From Candidatus Altiarchaeota archaeon (GTDB lineage Archaea; Altiarchaeota; Altiarchaeia; IMC4; SCGC-AAA252-I15), in NCBI GenBank assembly GCA_043800705.1, contig JAZDMS010000006.1:1-37913 (forward strand): a stretch of DNA of 37,913 bases, given 5' to 3'. Below are positions 29,127-37,913 of this stretch, in pieces. Under the pieces are notes generated by a model, which was not told the origin of the DNA, searched no databases, and saw only the letters and a program-made list of their open reading frames with translations. Both the position numbers and the translations under genes were made by a program. Each line of letters opens with the position of its first letter. Position 1 is the first letter of the stretch.

Positions 29127-30313
29127 AACTGGGCGCTATACTGCTTCTCCTAGCGACAATGTCATGCGTCGCAGAGGCTACGGTGATCGGCGTAAGCCCC
29201 GGCACCCTAAGCTTCAAAAACTCGACACGCGGCGGCGAATACGTCGGCTACCTTACGATATCGACATCGGACAAACAGATACACTGCACAGCGACGCCGA
29301 CCGGAGAGACAGCTAAATGGATCAGCTTCGACCAAAACCCCTTCGATGTAACATCTGAAAATCAATACAGGCTCCCCGTCAGGCTGATTGTGCCGGAAAT
29401 GGTCCCCAACGGCAGATACGAAGGATCCATAGAACTTAGCTCTACTCCGCCGAAGGATGCCGTTGGAGGGACTGGGATGACGGTCGGCGCCGCGATCTAC
29501 ATAAAAACAGTTGTAGATGTAAGCGGTGTCGAAGGCGCCAATTTCCGCGTGATGAAAGTCACAGCATCCAATGTAAAGGAAGGCGAACCCCTAAAAGCGG
29601 AAATCATGACGAAAAACAACGCCCCCAACGCGGTCAAACCCGGCATAACCCTGACAATAATGAGCCCGGACAAAAAGAACACATACAAGACCGCGACATA
29701 CGACGATGAAACCGTAGACTCACTGACAAAAAAGACCATAACAAAAACCGTCCCGACAAAAGGACTCGCGCCGGGAATCTATATCCTCGACTTCAGCATA
29801 ACAGTCATGGGTACAGAATCCTGGAAAAGCCAGGAAGTCTTCTACATAGTGTCATCCGACCAAAAAACCGACGACCTCGTTCTGGATGGAAGGCTTGAAA
29901 GTGCAATACTATCCAGCGAAAACCTGACCCTCGGAGAGAAACTCACCATAACCGGCACCTTCTCCAACACGGGCGAAGCGCCGCTTGATGTCAAACTCAA
30001 GGCAAACGTCATCCAGGACAAAAGGACAATCCAGGTCGCAGAAAGCAACAACACCCTGGTCAATGCCACAAAAAACACGGAACTGACGATAACATATGAG
30101 CCCCCGCAGGCAGGAGACTACTCCCTCCAAATCTGGGCCGAATACTCGGGGAAAAAAACATCCATCAGAACATCAACGATACGGGTATGGACCGTAAGCA
30201 AACCCCTCCTCGGCCTAGACCAGAACTTCTACCTGATAATAGGCCCCGCGATATTGCTGGCTATCATGTGGCTGATCTTCTACTACCGGGAATATTATCA
30301 ACGTCGTGAGTGA
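29123..30313 (+). CDS. Membrane-anchored multi-Ig-domain protein (partner 1)
   Basis: Signal peptide, IGVSPG, NGRYEG.I, G..VGAA, N.GE and a C-terminal TM. ATGA overlap with the upstream gene. Confidence 0.8.
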   Translation: MKLGAILLLLATMSCVAEATVIGVSPGTLSFKNSTRGGEYVGYLTISTSDKQIHCTATPTGETAKWISFDQNPFDVTSENQYRLPVRLIVPEMVPNGRYEGSIELSSTPPKDAVGGTGMTVGAAIYIKTVVDVSGVEGANFRVMKVTASNVKEGEPLKAEIMTKNNAPNAVKPGITLTIMSPDKKNTYKTATYDDETVDSLTKKTITKTVPTKGLAPGIYILDFSITVMGTESWKSQEVFYIVSSDQKTDDLVLDGRLESAILSSENLTLGEKLTITGTFSNTGEAPLDVKLKANVIQDKRTIQVAESNNTLVNATKNTELTITYEPPQAGDYSLQIWAEYSGKKTSIRTSTIRVWTVSKPLLGLDQNFYLIIGPAILLAIMWLIFYYREYYQRRE

Positions 30314-30346
30314 AGGTATTTAACCCCCAAAACAGAATAAAATCTG

Positions 30347-31648
30347 ATGTCCCCCTCTATTATTAGAACGTATGCCTTAGCCGCATTACTGCTCCTCCTA
30401 TTTGCCCCGATGGCTTCGGCCGTGAACATCGGCGCAGGCCCCGGCATCATAGATTTCGGGAAGATGATCAAGGGCGGATACGCCGAAAAGGTCATAACCG
30501 TTAGCACCAGCGGGGACGAAGACCTCACCTGCTCGATAGAATACGCAGGTGACTTGAAGGACTGGCTCACGATCGACCAAGGCGAGCAATTCCAACTGAA
30601 AAAAAACTCCCGGGTCGACCTGAAGATCTACGCCCAACCACCGCTAGACGTGGCAAACGGCAAATACGAGGGTGGAGTGTACATCAAGGCAGCGCCAACA
30701 TCAAGCATAACGTCCGGCGCAGGCCTTGCGGTCGGCGCCGGAGTGAAGATACTCCTCCTCGTTGAGATATCGGGAAAGGAAGAAGTGTCCATAATGGTGA
30801 AAAACCTGATAATCAAGGACACAGAGATCGGATACCCCCTAAAGTTCGCCTCCTTGGTAAAAAACAACGGAAATATACGAGCGAACCCGAAGTTTGAAAT
30901 AACGATATCCGACCCCGGAGGAAAACAAATACTAACCGGAGAATACGCCGACACCACGATCCTCCCCACAAAAGAGGAGAACATACAATTCACCCTCCCC
31001 TCGGACAAACTGGAAACCGGCCAATATAGCGCCAAAATCGACGTACTCGAAAAAAACAACCTGATATACAACAAGATAGCGACATTCAACATCCTCCCCC
31101 GCGGAACCTGGAGCGTCTCAGGAACCCTGGACGAGATACTCCTGTCAGCAGACACTACGACGCCCGGGGAACTGATAAAGGTCACTGGCATATTCAAAAA
31201 CACCGGCGAAGCCAGGACTACAGGGAAATTCAAGGCGGAAGCGTACCTCGACGACAAACTCTCAGACCTGCTTCGGGAAAGCGATGAAATAGGGGTAGAC
31301 CCGGGAAAAACCGCGCAGCTTGACTCATATTTCACGCCAAAAAAGGAAGGCAACTACATAATTCGCGGATATGTCACCTATAACGGCGAAAAAACAGGTC
31401 TAAGATCAACGGTACTCAAGGTTGCGGCACCCCCCCTAAGCGTCGATCCGACCATGATCGCCCTCATACTGGCCATACTGATCGTCATAATAGCGGCATA
31501 TTTGAAATTCAGAAAAAACACGCAACAGAACGAATACGCGAACTATTATCCCCCGCAACAGGAATATCAGCAGATTCCGCAACAAGAAAACCTGCAGCAA
31601 ACGCAGCCAGAGCAACAAGAGCAGAATCCTCCGCAACAAACACAATGA
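30347..31648 (+). CDS. Membrane-anchored multi-Ig-domain protein (partner 2) with Gln-rich cytoplasmic tail
   Basis: IGAGPGIIDFG..., NGKYEGGVYI, N.GN/N.GE, C-terminal TM, then a QQ-rich tail. Confidence 0.8.
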   Translation: MSPSIIRTYALAALLLLLFAPMASAVNIGAGPGIIDFGKMIKGGYAEKVITVSTSGDEDLTCSIEYAGDLKDWLTIDQGEQFQLKKNSRVDLKIYAQPPLDVANGKYEGGVYIKAAPTSSITSGAGLAVGAGVKILLLVEISGKEEVSIMVKNLIIKDTEIGYPLKFASLVKNNGNIRANPKFEITISDPGGKQILTGEYADTTILPTKEENIQFTLPSDKLETGQYSAKIDVLEKNNLIYNKIATFNILPRGTWSVSGTLDEILLSADTTTPGELIKVTGIFKNTGEARTTGKFKAEAYLDDKLSDLLRESDEIGVDPGKTAQLDSYFTPKKEGNYIIRGYVTYNGEKTGLRSTVLKVAAPPLSVDPTMIALILAILIVIIAAYLKFRKNTQQNEYANYYPPQQEYQQIPQQENLQQTQPEQQEQNPPQQTQ

Positions 31649-32622
31649 TGCCTCCAAAACAAACAGGCGCAATCACCCTACTGTTTTCCATATACCTTGC
31701 GATAATAGCGACGGACCTATACGACCCCCTCCAGAACGCAGAAGCTGCCATAATGAGCGCAAACGTGACGATCGCGGACATACTCCCCACCGTAGGCTCG
31801 GTCACATGCTGCTTCAAAGACTCCGATGCACCGACATACAGCCAAGCCAACTGCATAGCGGAAGGCTCGATCACGGAATACCTCCCCAGCGGGGGAAAAT
31901 CCTACGACATGCTGTGCAATTTCACGGTTTCAGACTATAACGGATACCAGGACATGGCAGACGGCTGGGTAAACCTCACATGGCACAGAGCCAACGTCTC
32001 CTGGAACGGACCCATTAGCAACGACACACTATACATCAACAATTCCTGCAGAAACATGACCTCTACTGCAACCCCCACTGAAGTCAATTACGAATGCTCC
32101 ATCTGCAACATAAGATACTGGGCGGACGCAGGAAACTGGACCGCCCTGATAAACCTCTCAGACGGACAATCAAGCGGCATACCGCACAGCGGTCACATAC
32201 AGATAGGCGGCATGAAATCCATATGGCAATCGACTACCATCCCCTTCGGAGAGATGCACATAGGCGAAAACGGGTCTAACGGACATTTGGGGAGGCTTTA
32301 CATCAATTCGATAACGAACAACACCGGAAACACGATAATAAACCTCCAAGCCAGCGGAGGGAACGAATACATGAACTGCACTGTGGGCGCAATACCCGTT
32401 GCGAACATCAATTACGACCTGCAGCAGAATCAATTCATGGATCTGGCATGCGGCAACCTAACCTCGTCGCCTGACTGGAGCTGCTCCGCATTCCAGCTGC
32501 CTGACTGCTCGGGGATATGCCCGAACCTGGCAAGCCTCAAGAACACCTACTGGGGCATACGGATACCATCGGCCGGCGTCGGCGGAATATGCAGCAGGGT
32601 CATCACGATAATCGCCACATGA
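31645..32622 (+). CDS. Secreted Cys-rich two-domain subunit-like protein
   Basis: Signal peptide, VSDYNG, GWV, SNDTLYIN.SC, IPFG.M.IG, NTGN, CT.G.IP, YWGIRIP..GV.G.CS. ATGA overlap with partner 2. Confidence 0.8.
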   Translation: MMPPKQTGAITLLFSIYLAIIATDLYDPLQNAEAAIMSANVTIADILPTVGSVTCCFKDSDAPTYSQANCIAEGSITEYLPSGGKSYDMLCNFTVSDYNGYQDMADGWVNLTWHRANVSWNGPISNDTLYINNSCRNMTSTATPTEVNYECSICNIRYWADAGNWTALINLSDGQSSGIPHSGHIQIGGMKSIWQSTTIPFGEMHIGENGSNGHLGRLYINSITNNTGNTIINLQASGGNEYMNCTVGAIPVANINYDLQQNQFMDLACGNLTSSPDWSCSAFQLPDCSGICPNLASLKNTYWGIRIPSAGVGGICSRVITIIAT

Positions 32623-32770
32623 TAGTCCTGCCTATATTCTCCAAAAAATTAAGATCATATTGCCCCCATCGCTTGCAGAAATATAACTCACTGACGATGT
32701 ATTTATAAAGAATAGTTCGTATATAATGTCAGTGGTTCGGTTGATCAGAAAAAAATCCCAAGGGGAAATC

Positions 32771-33766
32771 ATGGAAACATCAACTCAAAACGGAAAAAAA
32801 ATATCTGCGGGCTTTATACTATCGACTATTGTATTATGCGTGCTGGCTGTAATAATAACCTCCAATTTCCTGGTTCCGACAGTCGAGGCAGACACTAAAT
32901 CGTCGACCTATGAGGTTAATATAAACAACGGAGCACCGACCATGTCGAATATCAACTGCTGCTTCGGCGATACCCAGGAAGCCTTATCGACATGCGGCGG
33001 AGCAACAACCGCATATACGATGACCTCGGGAAAGAACTACGACGTGAACTGCACATTCAAAGTTTCAGACCCGAACGGCTACATTGACATGTCGGACGGA
33101 TGGGTGAACATGACCTGGCACCGCACATCAGTCGCCTGGAATAGCGCAAAAAGCAACGATACGCTATATATCAACGCATCCTGCAGAAACCTCACGGCAA
33201 CAGCGTCAGGAAACGACATAGACTATGTCTGCTACATCAGGGACCTAAAATATTGGGCGAACTCCGGCGCATGGTACGTACAGATTAACGTCTCGGACGG
33301 CGATTTGATTGGGGACATAAACCCGGTCTCATACACGATAAACTCCGTTCCGGCAATATGGCAGTCTCCCTCCATAAACTTCGGGACAATGAACCTCGGA
33401 GACACGGGATCGACGGGCCCGACAGGGAACACGGACCAATCATCTACCACCAACAACACGGGCAATACGAGGATCTACATAACAGCGCAGGCGTCAGCAG
33501 AGAATCTGTCATGCACCATAGGCAACATACCAGCCTGGAACGTGACATACCACCCCTCTCAAATAGCATATGCGTCCTCATGCGGCAGACTCACCACCGC
33601 GGACGCATGGGATACCGACTGCACCAACGTCACAGTTTACGACTGCGCAGGCTCATGCACGACATATTCAATGAACAACAGCTTCTGGGGGATTGGGATA
33701 CCATCATCGGGAGTGGCAGGATCATGTTCGCTCTCAGTCTCAATAACAGCAGCGGTATTCACCTAA
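32771..33766 (+). CDS. Secreted Cys-rich two-domain subunit-like protein (candidate major subunit)
   Basis: Paralog of 31645 with its own TATA (tatttataaa ~32700) and an aggggaa SD-like sequence before ATG 32771. Confidence 0.8.
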   Translation: METSTQNGKKISAGFILSTIVLCVLAVIITSNFLVPTVEADTKSSTYEVNINNGAPTMSNINCCFGDTQEALSTCGGATTAYTMTSGKNYDVNCTFKVSDPNGYIDMSDGWVNMTWHRTSVAWNSAKSNDTLYINASCRNLTATASGNDIDYVCYIRDLKYWANSGAWYVQINVSDGDLIGDINPVSYTINSVPAIWQSPSINFGTMNLGDTGSTGPTGNTDQSSTTNNTGNTRIYITAQASAENLSCTIGNIPAWNVTYHPSQIAYASSCGRLTTADAWDTDCTNVTVYDCAGSCTTYSMNNSFWGIGIPSSGVAGSCSLSVSITAAVFT

Positions 33767-33767
33767 A

Positions 33768-34994
33768 ATGAAAAATAAAAAAAGTATTGCCATATCCATG
33801 CTAATACTCTGTGCCGCCCTATCAACGGCGGTGTCCGCAGTCAGCATCGGAGCTGGTCCGGGGATTATAGATTTCGGAAAGATGATTAAGGGCGGATACG
33901 CCGAAAAGGTCATAACCGTCAGCACCAGCGGGGACGAAGACCTCATATGCAAGATAGAATACGTGGGTGACCTGAAAGACTGGTTGTCCATAGACAAAGG
34001 GACCGAATTCAACCTACCAGCAAACAGCAGGATAGACCTGAAAGCAGTGCTGCAGCCGGATGCCAACGCCGCTAACGGCAAATACGAAGGGGGAGTGTAC
34101 ATAAACGCCGCCCCGACATCGACCATAACCTCCGGTGCGGGATTGACGGTAGGCGCAGGCATAAAAATAAAGTTAATAACTGAAATAACCGATGAAAAAA
34201 TCACGGCTCATAAGCTCAAGAGGGTGATAGTATCCAACACGGAAATAGGATACCCCATCAAATTCAACACACTAATACAAAACACGGGAAACATCGAAAC
34301 GAAGCCCGAACTCAAGATTGACATCTACGACCGGGGCGGAAACCTAGTAAAAACATACGCCCAATCAAAGGACGAAATAGCCCCGACAGTCGAAAAAGCG
34401 ATATCAATCGAGGTGCCATCAGACGACCTGACGGTGGGGCAATACACGGCCAAACTAACCATCGGACAAGACGAACAAACTTTCGGATTCAGCATATTGG
34501 ACAAAGGAACATTAGCGCTTAAAGGCGTCCTCAGAAGCCTGGAACTAAATAAAATCTGGGTAGAGACCGGCGAAACGGCGAAAATAACAGCAAAGGTCGA
34601 AAATACAGGGGAAGTTCCGATAACAGACGCTAAACTAAACCTGGAAATCTACATGATAGACGAGACATACCAGACAGAAAAACTGGTAAAAACTATGGTA
34701 GGGGAAGAATCAATGAACATAGCGACCGGACAGACAGCAGAACTCACGGCATACTTCTCCCCAACGGACCCGGGAAGATACACTATTCAGGGGACAGTAT
34801 CCTACCAGGGCAAAAAAACACTCCCAAAGGCTACAGTACTCAACGTACTGGAACAGCCCAAGAACTACCTGCCGTACATACTTGCGGCAACGATAGTCAT
34901 CATAGGCGTGATCTACTGGCTGACAAAGAAGGGCGAAGACGGCAAAGTCAGCAGGTTCAAAAAAATATGGGGCAACTATCTGGAGATAAAATAA
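33768..34994 (+). CDS. Membrane-anchored multi-Ig-domain protein (partner 3)
   Basis: N-domain nearly identical to partner 2, C-terminal TM, and a start 1 nt after the upstream stop. Confidence 0.8.
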   Translation: MKNKKSIAISMLILCAALSTAVSAVSIGAGPGIIDFGKMIKGGYAEKVITVSTSGDEDLICKIEYVGDLKDWLSIDKGTEFNLPANSRIDLKAVLQPDANAANGKYEGGVYINAAPTSTITSGAGLTVGAGIKIKLITEITDEKITAHKLKRVIVSNTEIGYPIKFNTLIQNTGNIETKPELKIDIYDRGGNLVKTYAQSKDEIAPTVEKAISIEVPSDDLTVGQYTAKLTIGQDEQTFGFSILDKGTLALKGVLRSLELNKIWVETGETAKITAKVENTGEVPITDAKLNLEIYMIDETYQTEKLVKTMVGEESMNIATGQTAELTAYFSPTDPGRYTIQGTVSYQGKKTLPKATVLNVLEQPKNYLPYILAATIVIIGVIYWLTKKGEDGKVSRFKKIWGNYLEIK

Positions 34995-35007
34995 AAAGAG
35001 GAAAAAA

Positions 35008-35723
35008 ATGTCAAATCTTATCAAAACTGGAATACCCGGCGCCGATGAAATGCTTGGCGGAGGCCTGCCTAGTTCAAGCGTGACGATAGTTTCCGGCTCG
35101 CCGGGAATAGGCAAGAGCAACTTTGCGATGCAGTACCTATATAACGGGATAACCCAATTCAACGAACCTGGGATATACCTCACAGTAGAAGACACACCCC
35201 CGAACGTCAAAGCTTACGCCTTGGCTTTGGGTGGGACCTTGAAAAATGCGAAAAGGACAACATGCTGGCGTTGGTAGCACAACCTATATACGGCGAAGTC
35301 AATAAAGGGGGCAAAGAATACACCGCCGGGGAGACATTGGGTGAAGCGATCCGTAGGATAAAGGCGAAAAGAATCGTATTAGACTCGGTAACTCTATTCA
35401 AATATCTGTTCAAGGACGACATATCCCGGAGGGTTAACCTGCTGAACTTTATTAAACAGGTCAAAGATGCGGGATGCACGACCATGATGGTCGCCGAACA
35501 GCACGAATCATCTAGTGAAATAACCTACCTCGACGAACACTTCCTCGCCGACGGCCTAATCATGCTTTTCTGGAGCAGACACAAGGAAAAGAACGAAAGA
35601 TGCTTCCGTGTAGTAAAACTGAGGGGGCAGAAGATAAATCCAGACATACGGCCCATGGAGATAACGGACAAAGGAATAATCATCTACCCGACACAAGTGC
35701 CTCTATCGCTTGCAGAAAGGTAA
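35008..35723 (+). CDS. KaiC/RAD55-like ATPase, single domain, split by a single-base frameshift near 35218-35228
   Basis: IKTGIPG.D.MLGGG, Walker A GSPGIGKS, YLTVED, then in the shifted frame GFGWDLEK..., RIVLDS, LADG.I.L, R...VKLRG. Confidence 0.88.
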
Positions 35724-35773
35724 GGCGGGGATAGACCTAACATACGCTGCCATCAGATTCATTGAATAAAGGC

Positions 35774-36364
35774 ATGAACCACGCCGGTGCAAATATAAAT
35801 GGTATGGGCAATCCCGGAAACTTTCTTCTGGGATCTGAGGAGAATCAAATAATAGTACTCATAATGCCCGCGGACGATTATACGGAGCGACTAATGACGG
35901 TCCTGAAAGACCTGACGAAAGTACCCGACAAAATATGCTATATATCCCTAAACAGGCCGTATACCTCGTTAGTAAAGACTTTCAAGAAGGGGGGGCTGGA
36001 CACTGAACGGATCTATTTCATTGATGCCATCACCCGGACAGCCCAGATACCCCAGGAATGCAAGGAATGCGAATTCGTGTCGTCTCCTGGAGCGCTCACC
36101 GAGCTTAGCGTAACCATTTCGAAGGTCATGGACGGCGGTCAATACAAGTACATCGTATTCGATTCACTATCGACACTTCTGGTATATGAATCAGATACGA
36201 CAATTGCCAAATTCGTGCATTTCCTCATGGCAAAGGTGAGGGTCGCCGGATGCAATGCGTTGTTTACCTGCCTGAAACAGGATGCGGAATCGGTCCTTAT
36301 CAAGGACATAAACATGTTCGCTGACAAGGTCATCCACCTGGATAAATGGCGCCTGGGGATATAA
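35774..36364 (+). CDS. Inactive KaiC/RecA-fold protein
   Basis: CYISLNRPY, IYFIDAIT, SPGALTEL, IVFDSLSTLL.Y, FADKVI. No Walker A. Start uncertain. Confidence 0.75.
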   Translation: MNHAGANINGMGNPGNFLLGSEENQIIVLIMPADDYTERLMTVLKDLTKVPDKICYISLNRPYTSLVKTFKKGGLDTERIYFIDAITRTAQIPQECKECEFVSSPGALTELSVTISKVMDGGQYKYIVFDSLSTLLVYESDTTIAKFVHFLMAKVRVAGCNALFTCLKQDAESVLIKDINMFADKVIHLDKWRLGI

Positions 36365-36371
36365 AAAAAGA

Positions 36372-36920
36372 ATGGACCTCGGAAAAGCCCTTAAGACATT
36401 AGACGATTCGGATAGTATACTCCTCATGATTGACAGCAAGGACCTGCATGCAGCGATCCCCATACTGGTCAGGGAACTACTCTCCCGCGACAGGTATGGG
36501 CTTTACATTAGCTTGAACAAACCGCATACCACGATACGGCACATGCTTCTGCGCGCGGGAGTTAAAGTAAGCAGGTTGTATTTCGTCGATTGCGTCACGG
36601 CAATAGCGCATAAAACACTCACAAAGAGGGAGGAACGCGTGATATATTCCTCCGGACCCCATGACGTCGCCGAAGACGGAACCATCCCCCAAGCGGTGAA
36701 TTCTTTCAATAAATCAGTCCCGGGGGAAAAATTCCTCATTTTGGATGCCTTAAGGACCCTTTTCATATATAATGAGCCGAAGACAGTTTCTCTTTTCATA
36801 CACTCCCTCCTGGCTCTCACAAAAGAACATGAGCTCAAACTGGTCGTACTGACAAGGATCGAGGACAGTCCCATAATCGGGCTAGTGGCAAAGGCATTTG
36901 ACGAGGTAGTAGAAGTCTAA
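36372..36920 (+). CDS. Inactive KaiC/RecA-fold protein (paralog of upstream gene)
   Basis: LYISLNKP, LYFVDCVT, FLILDAL.TL..YN, FDEVV. Confidence 0.75.
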   Translation: MDLGKALKTLDDSDSILLMIDSKDLHAAIPILVRELLSRDRYGLYISLNKPHTTIRHMLLRAGVKVSRLYFVDCVTAIAHKTLTKREERVIYSSGPHDVAEDGTIPQAVNSFNKSVPGEKFLILDALRTLFIYNEPKTVSLFIHSLLALTKEHELKLVVLTRIEDSPIIGLVAKAFDEVVEV

Positions 36921-37913
36921 ATCATGCAGACTATTTTTCTATTGAAGTTTTTAACTCTAACATTTTTTGTGAGTTTTTAAAAATATAACCCCGACTATAT
37001 TTAGGATGTATTACGATAAACATTATTAAATAGCTATAATTTAATAGTTATATTTTTATATGTATTATATCAATATCATTTTAATTAAAAATTTTTTTCC
37101 AAAATATTATAAAAATTTTGAAATTTTTTATTACGACCTATATTTTGTAGCGCATTTTTTATGGAATTTCCTGCCATTTATGATTGTCAGGTCTGCAATT
37201 ATCAACTCTCTACATACTGCGCATTTAGGCTCTAATATGCCCTTAATTGTCTCAATCGAGGTATTTTTATCAAATGTCGTCGCAGTCCCTTTATTCAAAG
37301 ATTCCAGGAGCTTTTTCAAACGATCTAAATCCTTTTCGCTTAATTCCATAGTATACTTAGGGATTAATGCCTTAAAATTTTAAAAGATAACATATTTAAG
37401 ATATATGTTGTGATATATGTTATTGGCAGTGCGACAATACCTATCTAAAAAATAGAAAAACCAGTTGTGTATATCATCATGGTATTGGGTATTGTATGTT
37501 GATGGTGGGGGCTACCCCAAACGATACATATATAGTATTCCAAGTGCTCTCAAATAGAGCATATTTGCCAATTTATACTATATACTGCAGAATTTACCAT
37601 ATTTTGGCATTTTAAATGTAACCAGGAGATATAATCGCCAGATATATGTACTCGAGCTAACATATACCCCCATATTGCCCTGGTATATTATCATTAACAT
37701 AAGCTGATTAAATCAATTTGATCTATCTCTTTTACCACATATTTTTAGAAAATATAATATTTTATATTTTTCAAATTAGATTAGATGTCAAATCCGCCCC
37801 AACACCCTTGCCGAGAACCATATGGGTTAATGGATCAATATTATAAAATGTTAAAAATCAACCGTGTATAATAGAATATTAGTTCTAATCATAGAAATTT
37901 TATTTTTCAAAAA
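36921..37913. other. Strongly AT-rich, mostly non-coding region
   Basis: Visible sharp compositional shift, long A/T runs, and recurring gatatatgt and tttacca(ca)tatttt words. Confidence 0.8.
37131..37349 (-). CDS. Small protein with C-x2-C-x16-H-x2-C zinc finger (LIM first-finger-like)
   Basis: CAVC RELIIADLTIINGRKF HKKC, preceded by an N-terminal amphipathic helix. Confidence 0.65.
   Translation of the reverse strand: MELSEKDLDRLKKLLESLNKGTATTFDKNTSIETIKGILEPKCAVCRELIIADLTIINGRKFHKKCATKYRS

Larger units (their letters stand above)
30451..33945 (+). repeat. Near-identical 77-bp segment shared by partner 2 (30451-30527) and partner 3 (33869-33945)
   Basis: agatttcggRaagatgatYaagggcggatacgccgaaaaggtcataaccgtYagcaccagcggggacgaagacctca, 3 mismatches. 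Confidence 0.9.

Noticed and set aside
35008-35723. Circadian KaiC or archaellum FlaH
   Set aside because: Single ATPase domain, with no kaiB or arl/pil genes in the window.
1-37913. CRISPR array, tRNA or rRNA genes
   Set aside because: No regularly spaced repeats or cloverleaf/rRNA signatures were recognised by eye.

Overview
Archaeal genomic window. TATA-like boxes sit about 25 nt ahead of apparently leaderless starts, and it carries PolB2 and KaiC-type genes. The Thr-rich, Cys-rich secreted proteins suggest a DPANN/Ca. Altiarchaeota-like lineage, but that is inference only. From left to right: the tail of a discoidin-repeat surface protein; the 5' half of a group IIC-like intron inserted just behind a hairpin; glucan phosphorylase; a cluster of Cys-rich lipoproteins including a PLA2-like enzyme; a GNAT/DUF2156 pair; a divergent DNA-damage locus (SRAP plus a kinase-like gene, versus inactive RadA-like, Arg-rich and PolB2 genes); housekeeping genes (AI-2E, GT-C, HtrA, HD, argD, Lrp, pyrG, DUF1846); and a stop-interrupted PI3K/HipA-like kinase. 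Next comes a ~9.7 kb surface locus of three tightly coupled gene pairs, each a Cys-rich unanchored subunit-like protein plus a membrane-anchored multi-Ig partner, followed by a KaiC-like ATPase and two inactive KaiC/RecA-fold genes. That locus is the best candidate for an undescribed system, namely an archaeal WxL/chaperone-assisted fimbria-like assembly. The window ends in ~1 kb of very AT-rich DNA. Two single-base frameshifts at short homopolymers suggest consensus errors in the assembly. All family calls come from motif recognition by eye, and no searches were run.
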